DNA of 64,000 nucleotides from Limibaculum sp. (GTDB lineage Bacteria; Pseudomonadota; Alphaproteobacteria; Rhodobacterales; Rhodobacteraceae): NCBI GenBank assembly GCA_039805905.1, contig JBDIVM010000006.1, positions 120,827 to 184,826 of the forward strand, read 5' to 3'. Shown piece by piece: positions 62,980 to 64,000 of this stretch (position 1 is its first letter; each line of letters starts with the position of its first letter). The notes under the pieces were generated by a model. It saw only the letters and a program-made list of their open reading frames with translations, ran no database searches and was not told where the DNA came from. The position numbers and the translations under genes were made by a program.

Positions 62980-64000
62980 ATGCACGGCATGACCGACTAC
63001 GTGGTGAAGGATATCAGCCTATCGGAATTTGGCCGCAAGGAAATCCAGATCGCCGAGACCGAGATGCCGGGCCTGATGGCCTGCCGCGCCGAGTTCGGGC
63101 CGAAACAGCCCCTGAAGGGTGCCCGCATCTCCGGCTCGCTGCACATGACGGTGCAGACCGCGGTGCTGATCGAGACGCTCGTGGCGCTGGGCGCGAAGGT
63201 GCGCTGGGCATCCTGCAACATCTTCTCGACCCAGGACCACGCCGCCGCTGCCATCGCCGCCGCGGGCGTGCCGGTCTTTGCGGTCAAGGGCGAGACGCTG
63301 CCCGACTACTGGACCTATACCGACCGCATCTTCCAGTGGGCGGACGGCGAGCCCACCAACATGATCCTCGACGACGGCGGCGATGCCACCATGTACATCC
63401 TGCTCGGCGCCCGCGCCGAAGCCGGCGAGGACGTGCTGAAGGACCCGGGCTCCGAGGAGGAGGAGGTTCTCTTCGCCCAGATCCGCAAGCGCATGGTGGC
63501 CTCGCCCGGCTGGTTCACGAAGCAGCGCGCCGCCGTCCGCGGCGTGACCGAGGAGACCACCACCGGCGTCAACCGGCTCTACCAGCTCATGCAGAAGGGG
63601 CTGCTGCCGTTCCCGGCGATCAACGTCAACGACTCGGTGACGAAGTCGAAGTTCGATAACAAGTACGGCTGCAAGGAATCGCTCGTCGACGGCATCCGGC
63701 GGGGCACCGACGTGATGATGGCCGGCAAGGTGGCGGTCGTCTGCGGCTACGGCGATGTCGGCAAGGGCTCGGCCGCCAGCCTACGCGGCGCCGGCGCGCG
63801 CGTCCTGGTGACCGAGATCGACCCGATCTGCGCGCTGCAGGCCGCGATGGACGGCTACGAGGTGGTGACGCTGGACGAGGCCGCGCCCCGCGCCGACATC
63901 GTGATCACCGCGACCGGCAACAAGGATGTGGTCACTGTCGATCACATGCGCAGGCTGAAGGACATGGCGATCATTGGCAACATCGGCCACTTCGACAACG
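62980..64000 (+). CDS. ahcY: S-adenosylhomocysteine hydrolase, runs off window end
   Basis: Hand translation [63 protein letters not shown]; RBS GGAGG. Confidence 0.97.
   Translation, partial: MHGMTDYVVKDISLSEFGRKEIQIAETEMPGLMACRAEFGPKQPLKGARISGSLHMTVQTAVLIETLVALGAKVRWASCNIFSTQDHAAAAIAAAGVPVFAVKGETLPDYWTYTDRIFQWADGEPTNMILDDGGDATMYILLGARAEAGEDVLKDPGSEEEEVLFAQIRKRMVASPGWFTKQRAAVRGVTEETTTGVNRLYQLMQKGLLPFPAINVNDSVTKSKFDNKYGCKESLVDGIRRGTDVMMAGKVAVVCGYGDVGKGSAASLRGAGARVLVTEIDPICALQAAMDGYEVVTLDEAAPRADIVITATGNKDVVTVDHMRRLKDMAIIGNIGHFDN

Overview
High-GC alphaproteobacterial chromosome segment. A Rhodobacterales-type origin is inferred from gene order (hemY-mitofilin-hemD-hemC/tsaD-gpsA-yciI-EVE; hrcA-grpE/rph-rdgB-hemW; CA-asd-comM-leuB) and from a CtrA box. 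Most of the window is core housekeeping: dnaK/dnaJ, hrcA/grpE, mutS, dapB, asd, leuB, ahcY, comM and tRNA-Thr(CGT). Accessory blocks are (i) two sugar-acid catabolic clusters, (ii) an AT-rich patch with a broken, mosaic HEXXH-peptidase/RTX gene and an upstream partner gene, (iii) a TadG/TadE/TadE triplet, and (iv) an oxalate/C1 cluster: gntR-oxc-frc-formyltransferase-fhs-usp plus tctCBA. The best candidate for an undescribed system is (iv). Its formyltransferase looks like a stand-alone copy of the N-terminal domain of eukaryotic 10-formyl-THF dehydrogenase (ALDH1L1) and could exchange formyl groups between CoA and THF. An identical 12-bp operator (TGGTATACCACG) ties the tripartite tricarboxylate transporter to the same regulon. 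All family assignments come from motif recognition by eye and from memory; no searches were run. Start codons were re-picked by hand where the ORF track over-extends.
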